Assembly: GCA_963761335.1 (NCBI GenBank)
Contig: CAVXGR010000012.1
Coordinates: 704,001 to 768,000, forward strand
DNA: 64,000 nucleotides
Reading direction: 5' to 3'
Origin: an uncultured delta proteobacterium
Lineage (GTDB): Bacteria > Desulfobacterota > Binatia > HRBIN30 > BPIQ01
Below the pieces are notes generated by a model, which saw nothing but the letters and a program-made list of their open reading frames with translations, was not told the DNA's origin and made no database searches. The translations under genes and the position numbers were made by a program. Shown one piece after another: positions 9,619-18,184 of this stretch (position 1 is the first letter of the stretch; each line of letters begins with the position of its first letter).

Positions 9619-9722
9619 CGTGCTCGTGCTCGTAATCGTACTCGTAATCGTCCTCGCGAGTTACCCCGCAAACGCCGCGGCCGGGGCCCCGCCCATCGAC
9701 CCCGCTCGAGCACGAGCACGAT
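9619..9722. repeat. Hexamer-ladder hairpin element, third copy
   Basis: CGTGCTCGTGCTCGTAATCGTACTCGTAATCGTCCTCGCGAGTTACCCCGCA ... CGAGCACGAGCACGA. Confidence 0.75.
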
Positions 9723-9763
9723 CCCCCTCGCCCACTCCGCCTCCTCCTCGCGCCCCGCCCGCC

Positions 9764-11461
9764 CTACGGATTCATCTCGTAGGCGCCGTTGAGGGCGTAG
9801 ACCTGCTCTCGCCAGACCCTCTGGTAGCGGTCGTCGTCGGGCGGCGGCTTGCGGATCATCTTCAGGCAGTACTCCATCTGCGCCGCGGTGCTGCCGCGCT
9901 TGCCGTGCAGCTGCACGGCAAAGGCGGAGAAGTCGCGCACCAGAAAATCGAAGATCTGCTCGATCAGGTCATCGCCGATACCGTAGATACGGGCGTTCTC
10001 CAGGACCAGCTGCGAGTAGACGACCAGCGCGAAGAGCTCGCCGACCGCCATCAGGAAGTCGGTGTCGCGCATCTGCTGCGGCTCCGGCGGCGCCTGCTGC
10101 AGCGAGGCGCGGAGGACCTCGATCTGCTCGCGGAAGAGCTGCACATTGGCCAGAGGGAAGCCGTCGAACACGCGCCGGTAGTCGTGAAAGCGGATCCTGC
10201 TCAGGCCCTTGGTCGGCCCCTGGTCGAAGAGGAAGTCGTCGTTGGCGGCATCGTCGCGACGCCGCATCTCCGGGTACTCGGCCGTGTTGAAGAAGTAGCC
10301 GAGCATGAACTTGAGAATCAGCGCCAGGTTGACGTGCACCGTTCCCTCGAGCTTGGGAAGCGCACGGATATCGCGCGCCGCCATCTCGAAGACCATGTCC
10401 TTCTCGAAGCCCTTGGCGGCGATCACGTCCCAGAGCAGGTCGATCACCTCCTCGCCCTGGGTGGTCACCTTCATCTTCACCACCGGGTTGTAGAGCAGGT
10501 AGCGGCGGTCCTCGGCGGTCGCCGAGCGCATGTAGTCACAGGCGCGCAGCGCCACCAGCTTCATGGCGACCAGACGGGCGTAGGCATCGGTGAAGCTGCG
10601 CTGCACGTGGGGGAAGTCGGTGACCGCCATGCCGTAGAGGTGGCGATTGGCGGCGTGGGTGATGGCCTCGTAGAAGGCGTGCGTGCAGATGCCGATCGAG
10701 GCCCAGCCGAGGTTGTACTTGCCGATGTTCACCGTGTTCAGCGAGGCGTTCCAGGCCTCGTCGCCCTTGGAGAGAATGTCGGCCTCGGTGACCGGGTAGT
10801 CCCGCAGCTCGAACTGAGCGACGTAGTTCTGGCTGTTGACGACGCTCTGCACGCAGTCGAACTTCTCGTGCTGCGAGTCGGCGGCGAAGAAAACGTAGAG
10901 GTCGGAGCCCGCCAGCTTGCCGAAGGTGGAGACCATCGCCGCCTTGTTGGCGTTGCCGATGTAGTACTTGCCGCCGCGGGCGACGTAGGTCCCCTCCCCC
11001 TGCGGCACCAGGGTCATCTCGCTGGAGTAGAGGTCGGCGCCGTGCTGCTTCTCCGAGAGGCCGAAGGCAAAGATGGCGCCGTCGCTCAGAAGTCGGGCAG
11101 CCCGCTGCTTGGCCTCCTGGTTGTGGCTCATCCAGATCGGCCCCAGGCCGAGAATCGAGACCTGCCAGGTGTACCAGTAGCAGAGGCCGTAGAAGCCGAG
11201 GATCTCGTTGAACTCGCAGTTGCGCCAGGTGTCCCAGCGGCTGTCCGCATCGCCGTAGCCCGCCGGGGTCAGCAGCGTCGCGAAGATCTTCTCGCGGCGG
11301 ACGAAGTCGAGGAAGTCGGAGTACCAGAGGCGCTCGTGGTCGTCGTGCTTGAGCCGCTTCTTCCCCTTCGCCTCGAAGAAGTCGACCGTCTTCTGCATGA
11401 TCTCCATCGAGCGTGCGTCGGGGTAAGGCCGGGTCAGCTTTCGCGGATTGAGAAGGATCAT
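9764..11461 (-). CDS. Acyl-CoA dehydrogenase
   Basis: AFGLSEKQHGADL, GGKYYIGN, LNTVNIGK, ALPKLEGT motifs. Confidence 0.9.
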   Translation of the reverse strand: MILLNPRKLTRPYPDARSMEIMQKTVDFFEAKGKKRLKHDDHERLWYSDFLDFVRREKIFATLLTPAGYGDADSRWDTWRNCEFNEILGFYGLCYWYTWQVSILGLGPIWMSHNQEAKQRAARLLSDGAIFAFGLSEKQHGADLYSSEMTLVPQGEGTYVARGGKYYIGNANKAAMVSTFGKLAGSDLYVFFAADSQHEKFDCVQSVVNSQNYVAQFELRDYPVTEADILSKGDEAWNASLNTVNIGKYNLGWASIGICTHAFYEAITHAANRHLYGMAVTDFPHVQRSFTDAYARLVAMKLVALRACDYMRSATAEDRRYLLYNPVVKMKVTTQGEEVIDLLWDVIAAKGFEKDMVFEMAARDIRALPKLEGTVHVNLALILKFMLGYFFNTAEYPEMRRRDDAANDDFLFDQGPTKGLSRIRFHDYRRVFDGFPLANVQLFREQIEVLRASLQQAPPEPQQMRDTDFLMAVGELFALVVYSQLVLENARIYGIGDDLIEQIFDFLVRDFSAFAVQLHGKRGSTAAQMEYCLKMIRKPPPDDDRYQRVWREQVYALNGAYEMNP

Positions 11462-11545
11462 GCCGCCGCTTTACCACGCCCCCAAGCGACCGCAAACGCC
11501 GCCGAGTCCTGGCGACACTGCGGCGGCCGCGGTAGTCTGCCCTGC

Positions 11546-12352
11546 ATGCGCGAGCGGACGGTCCTGATCACGGGGGCGGCGAGCGGCATCGGACGGGCAC
11601 TGGCGTATCGATTCGCGGCGGCGGGGGCGCGCCTGGGGTTGTTGGATCGCGACCGGGCCGGCCTCGATCAGCTGAGCCGGGAGCTCGCCGCGGGCGGCAC
11701 CGCGGTGCGTACCGCCGTGTGCGACGTGGCCTCGTTCGAGAGCTGCTGTCAGGCGGTGCCGGCGGTCGCCGGCGACGGCGGCGGCGTCGACGTCCTGGTG
11801 AACAACGCCGGCATCACCCACCTCAGCCGTTTCGCCGCCACCGACGTCGAGGTGTTCCACCGGGTGATGGACGTCAACTTCTTCGGCGCCCTGCACTGCA
11901 CCAAGGCGGCATTGCCCGGGCTGGTGGCGCGCCGCGGATTGATCGTGGTGATGTCGAGCGTCGCCGGATTCGCGCCCCTCGGCGGGCGCAGCGGCTACGC
12001 CGCCAGCAAGCACGCGCTGCACGGCCTCTTCGAATCGCTGCGCGCCGAGCTGCGCCAGAGCGGCGTCGGCGTCCTCATGGTGTGCCCCAGCTTCACCCGC
12101 ACCAACATCGGCCGCAATGCCCTGGGCGCCGACGGGCGCCCCGCCGGCGATGCCATCCGCACCACCACCGGCAAGGAGATGGAGCCCGCCGCCGTCGCCG
12201 AGGCGATCTTTGGCGCCGCCCGGCGCCGCCGGCGCCTGCTGGTGCTCTCCCCGGTCGGCAAGATGGCCTTCCTCGTCTCGCGCCTCTTGCCCTCGATCTA
12301 CGAGCGGCTGATGGCGCGGCAGCTGATGCGCGAGGAGACGCAGCCCGAGTAG
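11546..12352 (+). CDS. Short-chain dehydrogenase/reductase (SDR)
   Basis: ITGAASGIG, VNNAG, YAASK; true start inside the long ORF 9620..12352. Confidence 0.93.
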   Translation: MRERTVLITGAASGIGRALAYRFAAAGARLGLLDRDRAGLDQLSRELAAGGTAVRTAVCDVASFESCCQAVPAVAGDGGGVDVLVNNAGITHLSRFAATDVEVFHRVMDVNFFGALHCTKAALPGLVARRGLIVVMSSVAGFAPLGGRSGYAASKHALHGLFESLRAELRQSGVGVLMVCPSFTRTNIGRNALGADGRPAGDAIRTTTGKEMEPAAVAEAIFGAARRRRRLLVLSPVGKMAFLVSRLLPSIYERLMARQLMREETQPE

Positions 12353-12398
12353 AAGCGGCGTCCCGCCGCTTCGGGAAGCGCCGGGACGCCGCTTCTAC
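12349..12398. repeat. GTAG-type REP palindrome, copy 2 (supplies the SDR stop codon)
   Basis: GTAGAAGCGGCGTCCCGCCGCTTCGGGAAGCGCCGGGACGCCGCTTCTAC; TAG 12350-12352 is the SDR stop. Confidence 0.85.
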
Positions 12399-12503
12399 TC
12401 GGGTAGGGGCGCGGGCAGGGGCGGGGGAACCAATTGCCTTTTGTCTTCTTGCAGCGGAGTCGGCTATGAATCTCCACAAAGACTCTCGGGGGGGAAGCAC
12501 TCG

Positions 12504-14807
12504 ATGAAGATGAACATGGAGCAAATGCTCTTCGGGCTCCTGGCGATCGCCGCGGTCGCCGCTCTCGCCGGCTGCGACGCGCAGAACCCGCAGCCGAGCC
12601 CGTCGCGCAGCGCCACTCCGGCAGCGATCGCAACGGCGACCGCCCCGCAGCCGACGGCGACCGGTGTCCCAGACACCGCCACGCCGACGGCAACCGCGGC
12701 CCCTCCCACCGCCTCGCCGACGCCGACCAGCATCGTCGCCGCACAGGCATTCCTCGACCAGGACTACTTCCGCGCCCGCGCCCTCGACTATTTGCGCTTC
12801 GCCACCCAGACGCTGTCGCCGGGCAACGTGGTCAACGTCCTCGCCCACATGGAGCGGGAGCAGCTCGACCCCGAGTATCAGGCGCCCGCCGACGCCGTGC
12901 CGGTCAATCAATGGGACGACATCTTCACCAAGATGGCGACCCTGGTGGACACGCGCGACTTCGATGCCCTGTATCTGCTCAACCTGGTTCTCGGCTACCG
13001 CGGCAACCCCGTGGTGCCGGAGGAGCTCTGGCAGAAGGTGGAAACGGCGCTGAAGACGTTCAAGTTCTGGTACACCGAGCCGACACCGGAGGGGCTGATC
13101 GACAACTCCTACTACTGGACGGAGAACCACGAGGCCATCTACTACACGCTCGAGTACCTCGTCGGGCAGCTCTTCCCCGACGAGCCGCTCTCCACCGACG
13201 GCAGGCTGGGCAGCGTGCACCACGCCGAGGCGCGTCAGAAGCTCCGGCGCTGGCTCGATCTGCGCGCCCGCTACGGCTTCAGCGAGTGGCACTCGAACGT
13301 CTACTACCAGAAGGACCTCACGCCCCTGCTGACCCTGGCGGAGTACGCCCAGGACGACGACATCCGCACGCGCTCGTCGATGGTGCTCGACGTGCTGCTG
13401 TTCGACATCGCGCTGCACATCCAGCGCGGCGCCTTCGGCGTCACCCATGGGCGCTCCTACAAGAAGGACAAGATGACCTCGCTCGACGAGGACACCTGGG
13501 GGGCGACCAAGATGCTCTTCGATGCCACCGAGTACCCGTACCAGTCGACCTCCCACGCGGACGCCGTCCTGCTGGCACGGGCGCAGCGGTATCGCCTGCC
13601 GTCGGTGATCTGGCGAGTCGCCCGCAGCGGCGACTCGTTCGCCGACCGCGAGCGCATGAGCATCGACATCAACGAGGAGGGGCCGGTACAGACCGACCCG
13701 GTGGCCCCCGAAGGCCTCTCCTTCAGCGACCCGAACGACGTGCCGGTGTGGTTCGGCATCGGCGCGCTGACGACCTGGGAGGTGGTGCCGCTCACCGTAC
13801 AGACCTTCGAGCAGTACAATCTCTGGGAGACGGAGTCCTTCGCGCCGTTCGCCGGCCTGCGGACTCTGACCGGCAACATCCCCTTCGCGCAGAGCTTCGC
13901 TGCCGGCATCTATCGCTTCCTCAACTTCGGCCTCCTCAAGGAGGTGAACACCTACACCTACCGCACGCCCGACTTCATGCTGTCGAGCGCCATCGATTAC
14001 CGCGCCGGCTCCTTCGGGCAGCAGTACCATTCCTGGCAGGCCACCTTCGACGCCAACGCGCTGGTGTTCACCAATCACCCCTTTCGGCCGCTGGCGATGT
14101 CCACCGACTGGCTCGACGATCCGGAGACCGGCGGCTATTGGAACGGCGAGGCCTCGATGCCGCGCTCGGCGCAGCTCGAGAACGTCGCCGTGCACATCTA
14201 CGCGCCGCAGTACCCCATGCAGAACCCGCCGCCGCTCGACTACTTTCACTACGAGCCCTACACCCACGCCTACTTTCCGCAGGATCATTTCGACGAGGTG
14301 GTGCAGCAGGGCAACTGGACCTTCGGCCGCTTCCGCGACGGCTACATCGCCCTGTACTCGTATCGTCCGGCCGAGTTCCTCGTCTACGATCCGAACGTCT
14401 ACGCGACCAACGGCATGGTGAAGCCCTTTGATCTGGTCGCCAACGGCGGCGCCGACAACGTCTGGATCGTCGAGTGCGGCCGCGCCGCCGACTCCGGATC
14501 GTTTGCCGACTTCCGCGCCGCGATTCTCGCCGCCCATCTCGAGGTGACTCCCCTCGGCACCGAGAACGGTCTCTCCAAGGGATACGACGTCGTCTACGAC
14601 TCCCCCAGTCGCGGCCGCATCACCTTCGGCTGGCAGGCGCCGTTCACGGTCGGCGGCACCGAGATCCCCCTGGCGCAGTTTCCGCGCTACGACGATCCAT
14701 GGTCGCACACCGAGTTCGGATCGCCGCAGATCACCATCGAGGACAACCACGTCGGCGAGCGACTCGACTTCGACGCCGGCACCCGGGAGGTGTACGCCGG
14801 CAGCTGA
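12504..14807 (+). CDS. Large lipoprotein of unknown function, possibly heparinase II/III-like fold
   Basis: Lipobox ALAGC, Pro/Thr linker, YWTENH, GFSEWHSNVYY, GQQYHSWQAT, FTNHP, aromatic-rich; fold is inference. Confidence 0.7.
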   Translation: MKMNMEQMLFGLLAIAAVAALAGCDAQNPQPSPSRSATPAAIATATAPQPTATGVPDTATPTATAAPPTASPTPTSIVAAQAFLDQDYFRARALDYLRFATQTLSPGNVVNVLAHMEREQLDPEYQAPADAVPVNQWDDIFTKMATLVDTRDFDALYLLNLVLGYRGNPVVPEELWQKVETALKTFKFWYTEPTPEGLIDNSYYWTENHEAIYYTLEYLVGQLFPDEPLSTDGRLGSVHHAEARQKLRRWLDLRARYGFSEWHSNVYYQKDLTPLLTLAEYAQDDDIRTRSSMVLDVLLFDIALHIQRGAFGVTHGRSYKKDKMTSLDEDTWGATKMLFDATEYPYQSTSHADAVLLARAQRYRLPSVIWRVARSGDSFADRERMSIDINEEGPVQTDPVAPEGLSFSDPNDVPVWFGIGALTTWEVVPLTVQTFEQYNLWETESFAPFAGLRTLTGNIPFAQSFAAGIYRFLNFGLLKEVNTYTYRTPDFMLSSAIDYRAGSFGQQYHSWQATFDANALVFTNHPFRPLAMSTDWLDDPETGGYWNGEASMPRSAQLENVAVHIYAPQYPMQNPPPLDYFHYEPYTHAYFPQDHFDEVVQQGNWTFGRFRDGYIALYSYRPAEFLVYDPNVYATNGMVKPFDLVANGGADNVWIVECGRAADSGSFADFRAAILAAHLEVTPLGTENGLSKGYDVVYDSPSRGRITFGWQAPFTVGGTEIPLAQFPRYDDPWSHTEFGSPQITIEDNHVGERLDFDAGTREVYAGS

Positions 14808-15754
14808 TGAGTGCCTGCGAGACGCCCTCGGAGCGCCGCTCCCTCTGCCGCGCTGCGCTCCCGGTGCTGGCGTTCCTGGCCTCAGCGGTCCTGGTGCTCG
14901 CCATCTGCGGCTGCGGCTCCGAGGACGCGGCCCCGTCGCCGCCGTTCCTCGCCGTCCTCAGCGCCTTCCCTGCCGAGATGGCGCCGCTCCTCGCCCAGGC
15001 CAGTATCGAGGAGACGACCGAGATCGACAGCCGCGTCTTTCGCTCGGGGAGGCTCGGCGGGGTTGCGGTGGTCATCGGCCTCACCGGCATCGGGCTGGTC
15101 AACGCCACCAACACCACCCGCGCCGTGCTGGAGCGCTTTCCCGTGACCGGTGTCGTCGTCTCGGCGGTCGCCGGGAGTGACCAGCTCGAGATCGGCAGCG
15201 TCGCCGTCCCGTCGGCGTGGACGACGGCGGACGGCACGGCCTATGGCGTCACCCCGGAGTGGCTCGGCCTGGCGGAGGAGATCGCGTCACCGGCAAGCGC
15301 ATCGCTTGAACGGTGCACGACCGTGGCATCGGCGCCACAGGAGCCGGTGTGTGTCGAGCGCCCGCCGCTGATCGCCGTCGGCGGTACCGGGCAGAGCAGC
15401 GATCCGTTCGCGGGCATGCCCTTCCCGTGTCAAGCGGGCTCGGGCGACGTTTCGGGGTGCGACGTGGAGACCGCGAGCGCCGAAGTCGCCGCGACGGCGC
15501 GCGCAACCACTGTCGCCGCCAGCGCGCCGCCGATTGTCACCGACATGGAGACCGCCGCCATCGCCGCCGAAGCGACGGCCCGCGGCCTCTCCTTCATCGC
15601 CTTCCGCTCCATCTCCGACGGCCCGGGCGATCCGCTCGGACTGCCCGGGTTCCCGGCGCAGTTCTTCACCTACTACCACCTGGCGGCGCAGAATGCGGCG
15701 ACGGCCACCGTCGCTTTTCTCGAGCGGCTGGCAACGCGAAGCGCGGCGCCGTAG
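14807..15754 (+). CDS. MTA/SAH nucleosidase-like (PNP/UDP phosphorylase superfamily) exported lipoprotein
   Basis: SAFPAE, TGIGLVNA, DMETAAIA, FRSISD; hydrophobic leader ending ICGC; TGATG overlap with the upstream gene. Confidence 0.8.
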   Translation: MSACETPSERRSLCRAALPVLAFLASAVLVLAICGCGSEDAAPSPPFLAVLSAFPAEMAPLLAQASIEETTEIDSRVFRSGRLGGVAVVIGLTGIGLVNATNTTRAVLERFPVTGVVVSAVAGSDQLEIGSVAVPSAWTTADGTAYGVTPEWLGLAEEIASPASASLERCTTVASAPQEPVCVERPPLIAVGGTGQSSDPFAGMPFPCQAGSGDVSGCDVETASAEVAATARATTVAASAPPIVTDMETAAIAAEATARGLSFIAFRSISDGPGDPLGLPGFPAQFFTYYHLAAQNAATATVAFLERLATRSAAP

Positions 15755-15918
15755 CCTACGGCGTCATCCTCCCGGCCGGGAGAAGGTCGGGATGAGGGGG
15801 CCGGATGACGCCCCGGACGGGTCGCCGCCGGTGCAAATTTGCCTCGCGCTCCGGCAGATGAACGTGCTAGGTTCCGCCCAATACGCCAGTTCGAGGTGCC
15901 CACGCCAAAGGAGGAACA

Positions 15919-16308
15919 ATGGGCCAGAAGAAGAACGAGCTTCCCTCGTTGCGGAAGACACCCCTGGATTTTCTCAGCCGGGACGAGGCGCGCCAGGCCG
16001 TCAAACCGGTCGGCGCGGTGGACCCATCGGCTGCGGCGCAGGCCGTACGCACGGACCCGAACAACGAGAAACTGATGTTGGCGCAGCACATGTCGCACGC
16101 GTCCCACGGCTCGCACGGAAGCCACGGGTCGCATGGCAGTCACGGTTCGCACGGCAGTCACGGCTCGCACGGAAGCCACGGCTCGCACGGCAGTCACGGC
16201 TCCCACGGCAGCCACGGCTCGCACGGCAGTCACGGTTCGCACGGCAGTCACGGATCGCACGGCAGTCACGGTTCGCACGGCAGTCACGGATCGCACGGGT
16301 CCTGGTAA
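15919..16308 (+). CDS. His-Xaa-Ser repeat protein (HxsA-like): 56-aa leader, 24 HxS triplets, terminal Trp
   Basis: RBS AAGGAGG; LMLAQ-HMS-HAS-(HGS)22-W; synonymous codon variation across units. Confidence 0.88.
   Translation: MGQKKNELPSLRKTPLDFLSRDEARQAVKPVGAVDPSAAAQAVRTDPNNEKLMLAQHMSHASHGSHGSHGSHGSHGSHGSHGSHGSHGSHGSHGSHGSHGSHGSHGSHGSHGSHGSHGSHGSHGSHGSW
16087..16302 (+). repeat. Coding tandem repeat, 24 x 9 bp with 18-bp higher-order period
   Basis: CAC-GGN-TCG / CAC-GGN-AGY alternation. Confidence 0.95.
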
Positions 16309-16347
16309 GCGCAAGCAGATAGAACGAAGCGCTGGGGGAGGCGCACG

Positions 16348-17934
16348 ATGACGTTGGTTCGACCGTTCGGGGGAAGGTCAGCCGCGGGTTTCACAGGAGG
16401 GCGTGTGCCCCGGGGGCCGATCACCGGCGCGCTGCAGCGGGCGGCGCAGCACGCCTTCCTGGCGGCGCTGCTGCTCGGGCTCGCATCGAGCGCCTCGGCC
16501 CTCACCATTCACGGCGGCCCGACTTACGCGCCGCCCGGCGGCGGCAGCTGCGTGGTGAGTGGTACTCCCTGCGCCAGCGGCGGGGCGACGGTCACCTGCA
16601 GCGGACTGAACCCGAGCGCGGTGCGTTTTCTGTATTTCGGCCTGCGCAATGATCAGTCGGTCAACGGCGACACCATGACCGGCACCAGCGGACCGGCAGC
16701 CGGCTCGGGCGCCGTCTTCCGCATCTCCAGCGCCGGCGGCAGCTCGATCACCTACACGGGCACGACCAGCATCCCCGACGCGATCTCGGGGACGAGCCCG
16801 ACCGTGAGCACCCAGCTGCTCCTCTCGCTGACTAGCGGAACGGCATCCATCGTCGCCACCGGGTCCAATCCCGGCAACAACAGCAATGGCGACATCGGTG
16901 ATCTCTGGCGCGTGACCAGCTCCAGCTTCGCGGTGAACGTCAACGTGCGCGCCAGCGACAGCGCCTTCCCCACCATCGGGAACTCTTGCCCGACCGTCTT
17001 CAACCCGACGCACACGCGCAGCCCGGGAAGCCTACTGAGCCCCACAGACCAGGACGTCAGTGGCATCGACATGGGGTTCTTCTGGGAGGATCTGCCGACC
17101 GCGACACCGACCTCCACTGCCACGCGGACGCCGACGCGAACCAACACTCCCACGGCGACCGCCACTCCGACCGGCACAGCCACCGGCACGGCGACGCAGA
17201 CCAGGACGGTGACACAGACGCCGAGCATCACAATGACGGGGACGGTGACCGAGACCGCCACCGAAACCGCGACCCCGACCGAAACGGGCACGGAGACGGT
17301 CACGGAGACACCGAGCGATACCGCAACTCCGTCGGCGACGCCCACGCCCACGGCGACGGCGACCGGGCCGTGCGGCACGGGACCGCTGCCGCCGACGGCA
17401 TGCCACGTCACCGTCGAGTCGCAAAAGGCTCTCCTGCTGATCAAGGACCAGGCGCCGGACAGCAAGGACCTGCTGCGCTGGAAGTGGATCAAGGGCAATC
17501 TCACGCCGCGCCAGGACTTCGGGAATCCGGTCTCCGGCTCGACGAGCTACACGCTCTGCGTCTACGACTTCACCGCGGGCACCCCGCAGGTGCTGATCAG
17601 CACCGTGATTCCGCCCGGCGGAATCTGCCACGGAAAGCCGTGCTGGAAACAGACGGGCCTGAGCGGCTTCCGCTACAGCGACCCCAGCCTCACCCGCGGC
17701 GGAGTGAAGCGGATCGTGCTCAAGGCGGGCACCGAGCTCGGCAAGGCCAAGGTCCTTCTTCTCGCCAAGGGCGCAAACCTCGACTTCGCCGGCCTGGAGC
17801 CACTGCTGCCCCTCGCCCAGGATCCGGAGGTCACCGTGCAGCTGACCAACAGCGACGGCAAGTGCTGGACGGCGAACTACTCCGCCCCGCCGCGCGTCGG
17901 TCACACGGACCGCTTCCTCGACAAGGGAGACTGA
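16348..17934 (+). CDS. Secreted Ser/Thr/Gly-rich protein with Pro/Thr linker and Lys/Cys-rich C-terminal domain
   Basis: Signal-like [17 protein letters not shown] repeats, C-terminal [11 protein letters not shown]...YTLCVYD...KPCWK...GKCW. Confidence 0.8.
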   Translation: MTLVRPFGGRSAAGFTGGRVPRGPITGALQRAAQHAFLAALLLGLASSASALTIHGGPTYAPPGGGSCVVSGTPCASGGATVTCSGLNPSAVRFLYFGLRNDQSVNGDTMTGTSGPAAGSGAVFRISSAGGSSITYTGTTSIPDAISGTSPTVSTQLLLSLTSGTASIVATGSNPGNNSNGDIGDLWRVTSSSFAVNVNVRASDSAFPTIGNSCPTVFNPTHTRSPGSLLSPTDQDVSGIDMGFFWEDLPTATPTSTATRTPTRTNTPTATATPTGTATGTATQTRTVTQTPSITMTGTVTETATETATPTETGTETVTETPSDTATPSATPTPTATATGPCGTGPLPPTACHVTVESQKALLLIKDQAPDSKDLLRWKWIKGNLTPRQDFGNPVSGSTSYTLCVYDFTAGTPQVLISTVIPPGGICHGKPCWKQTGLSGFRYSDPSLTRGGVKRIVLKAGTELGKAKVLLLAKGANLDFAGLEPLLPLAQDPEVTVQLTNSDGKCWTANYSAPPRVGHTDRFLDKGD

Positions 17935-18033
17935 GGCGTTGCCCGTCAGGGGCGCGGGCACGGAGCAGCCGGGAAGGGTTTGCCCGAGTTTTGAGACAGC
18001 CTCTGCGGCCCGGGGCGCCGGCCCCCGGGCCGG

Positions 18034-18083
18034 GTAGAAGCGGCGTCTCGCCGCTTCGGAAAGCGCCGGGACGGCGCTTCTAC
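18034..18083. repeat. GTAG-type REP palindrome, copy 3
   Basis: GTAGAAGCGGCGTCTCGCCGCTTCGGAAAGCGCCGGGACGGCGCTTCTAC. Confidence 0.85.
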
Positions 18084-18184
18084 CTCTTGCACCCCGGGGC
18101 GCCGAGAGGCGTGCTTCGCGTTGCGGCGGTTCATCCACTTTACTAGAGTCGCGCCCGCACTTCCGAGCCACAGGAGGAGCCCCA

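Noticed and set aside
9620..11545. 910-aa ORF 9620..12352 as a fusion protein
   Set aside because: The N-terminal part is antisense to the acyl-CoA dehydrogenase and begins in repeat DNA; only the SDR from 11546 is supported.
3909..14750. Long antisense ORFs (3909..6572, 6547..8211, 12093..14750 and similar elsewhere)
   Set aside because: Shadow frames of well-supported genes, expected in high-GC DNA; no recognisable motifs.
16087..16302. Tandem repeat as a CRISPR array or non-coding satellite
   Set aside because: 9-bp units with no unique spacers, in frame, synonymous variation only; no cas genes in the window.
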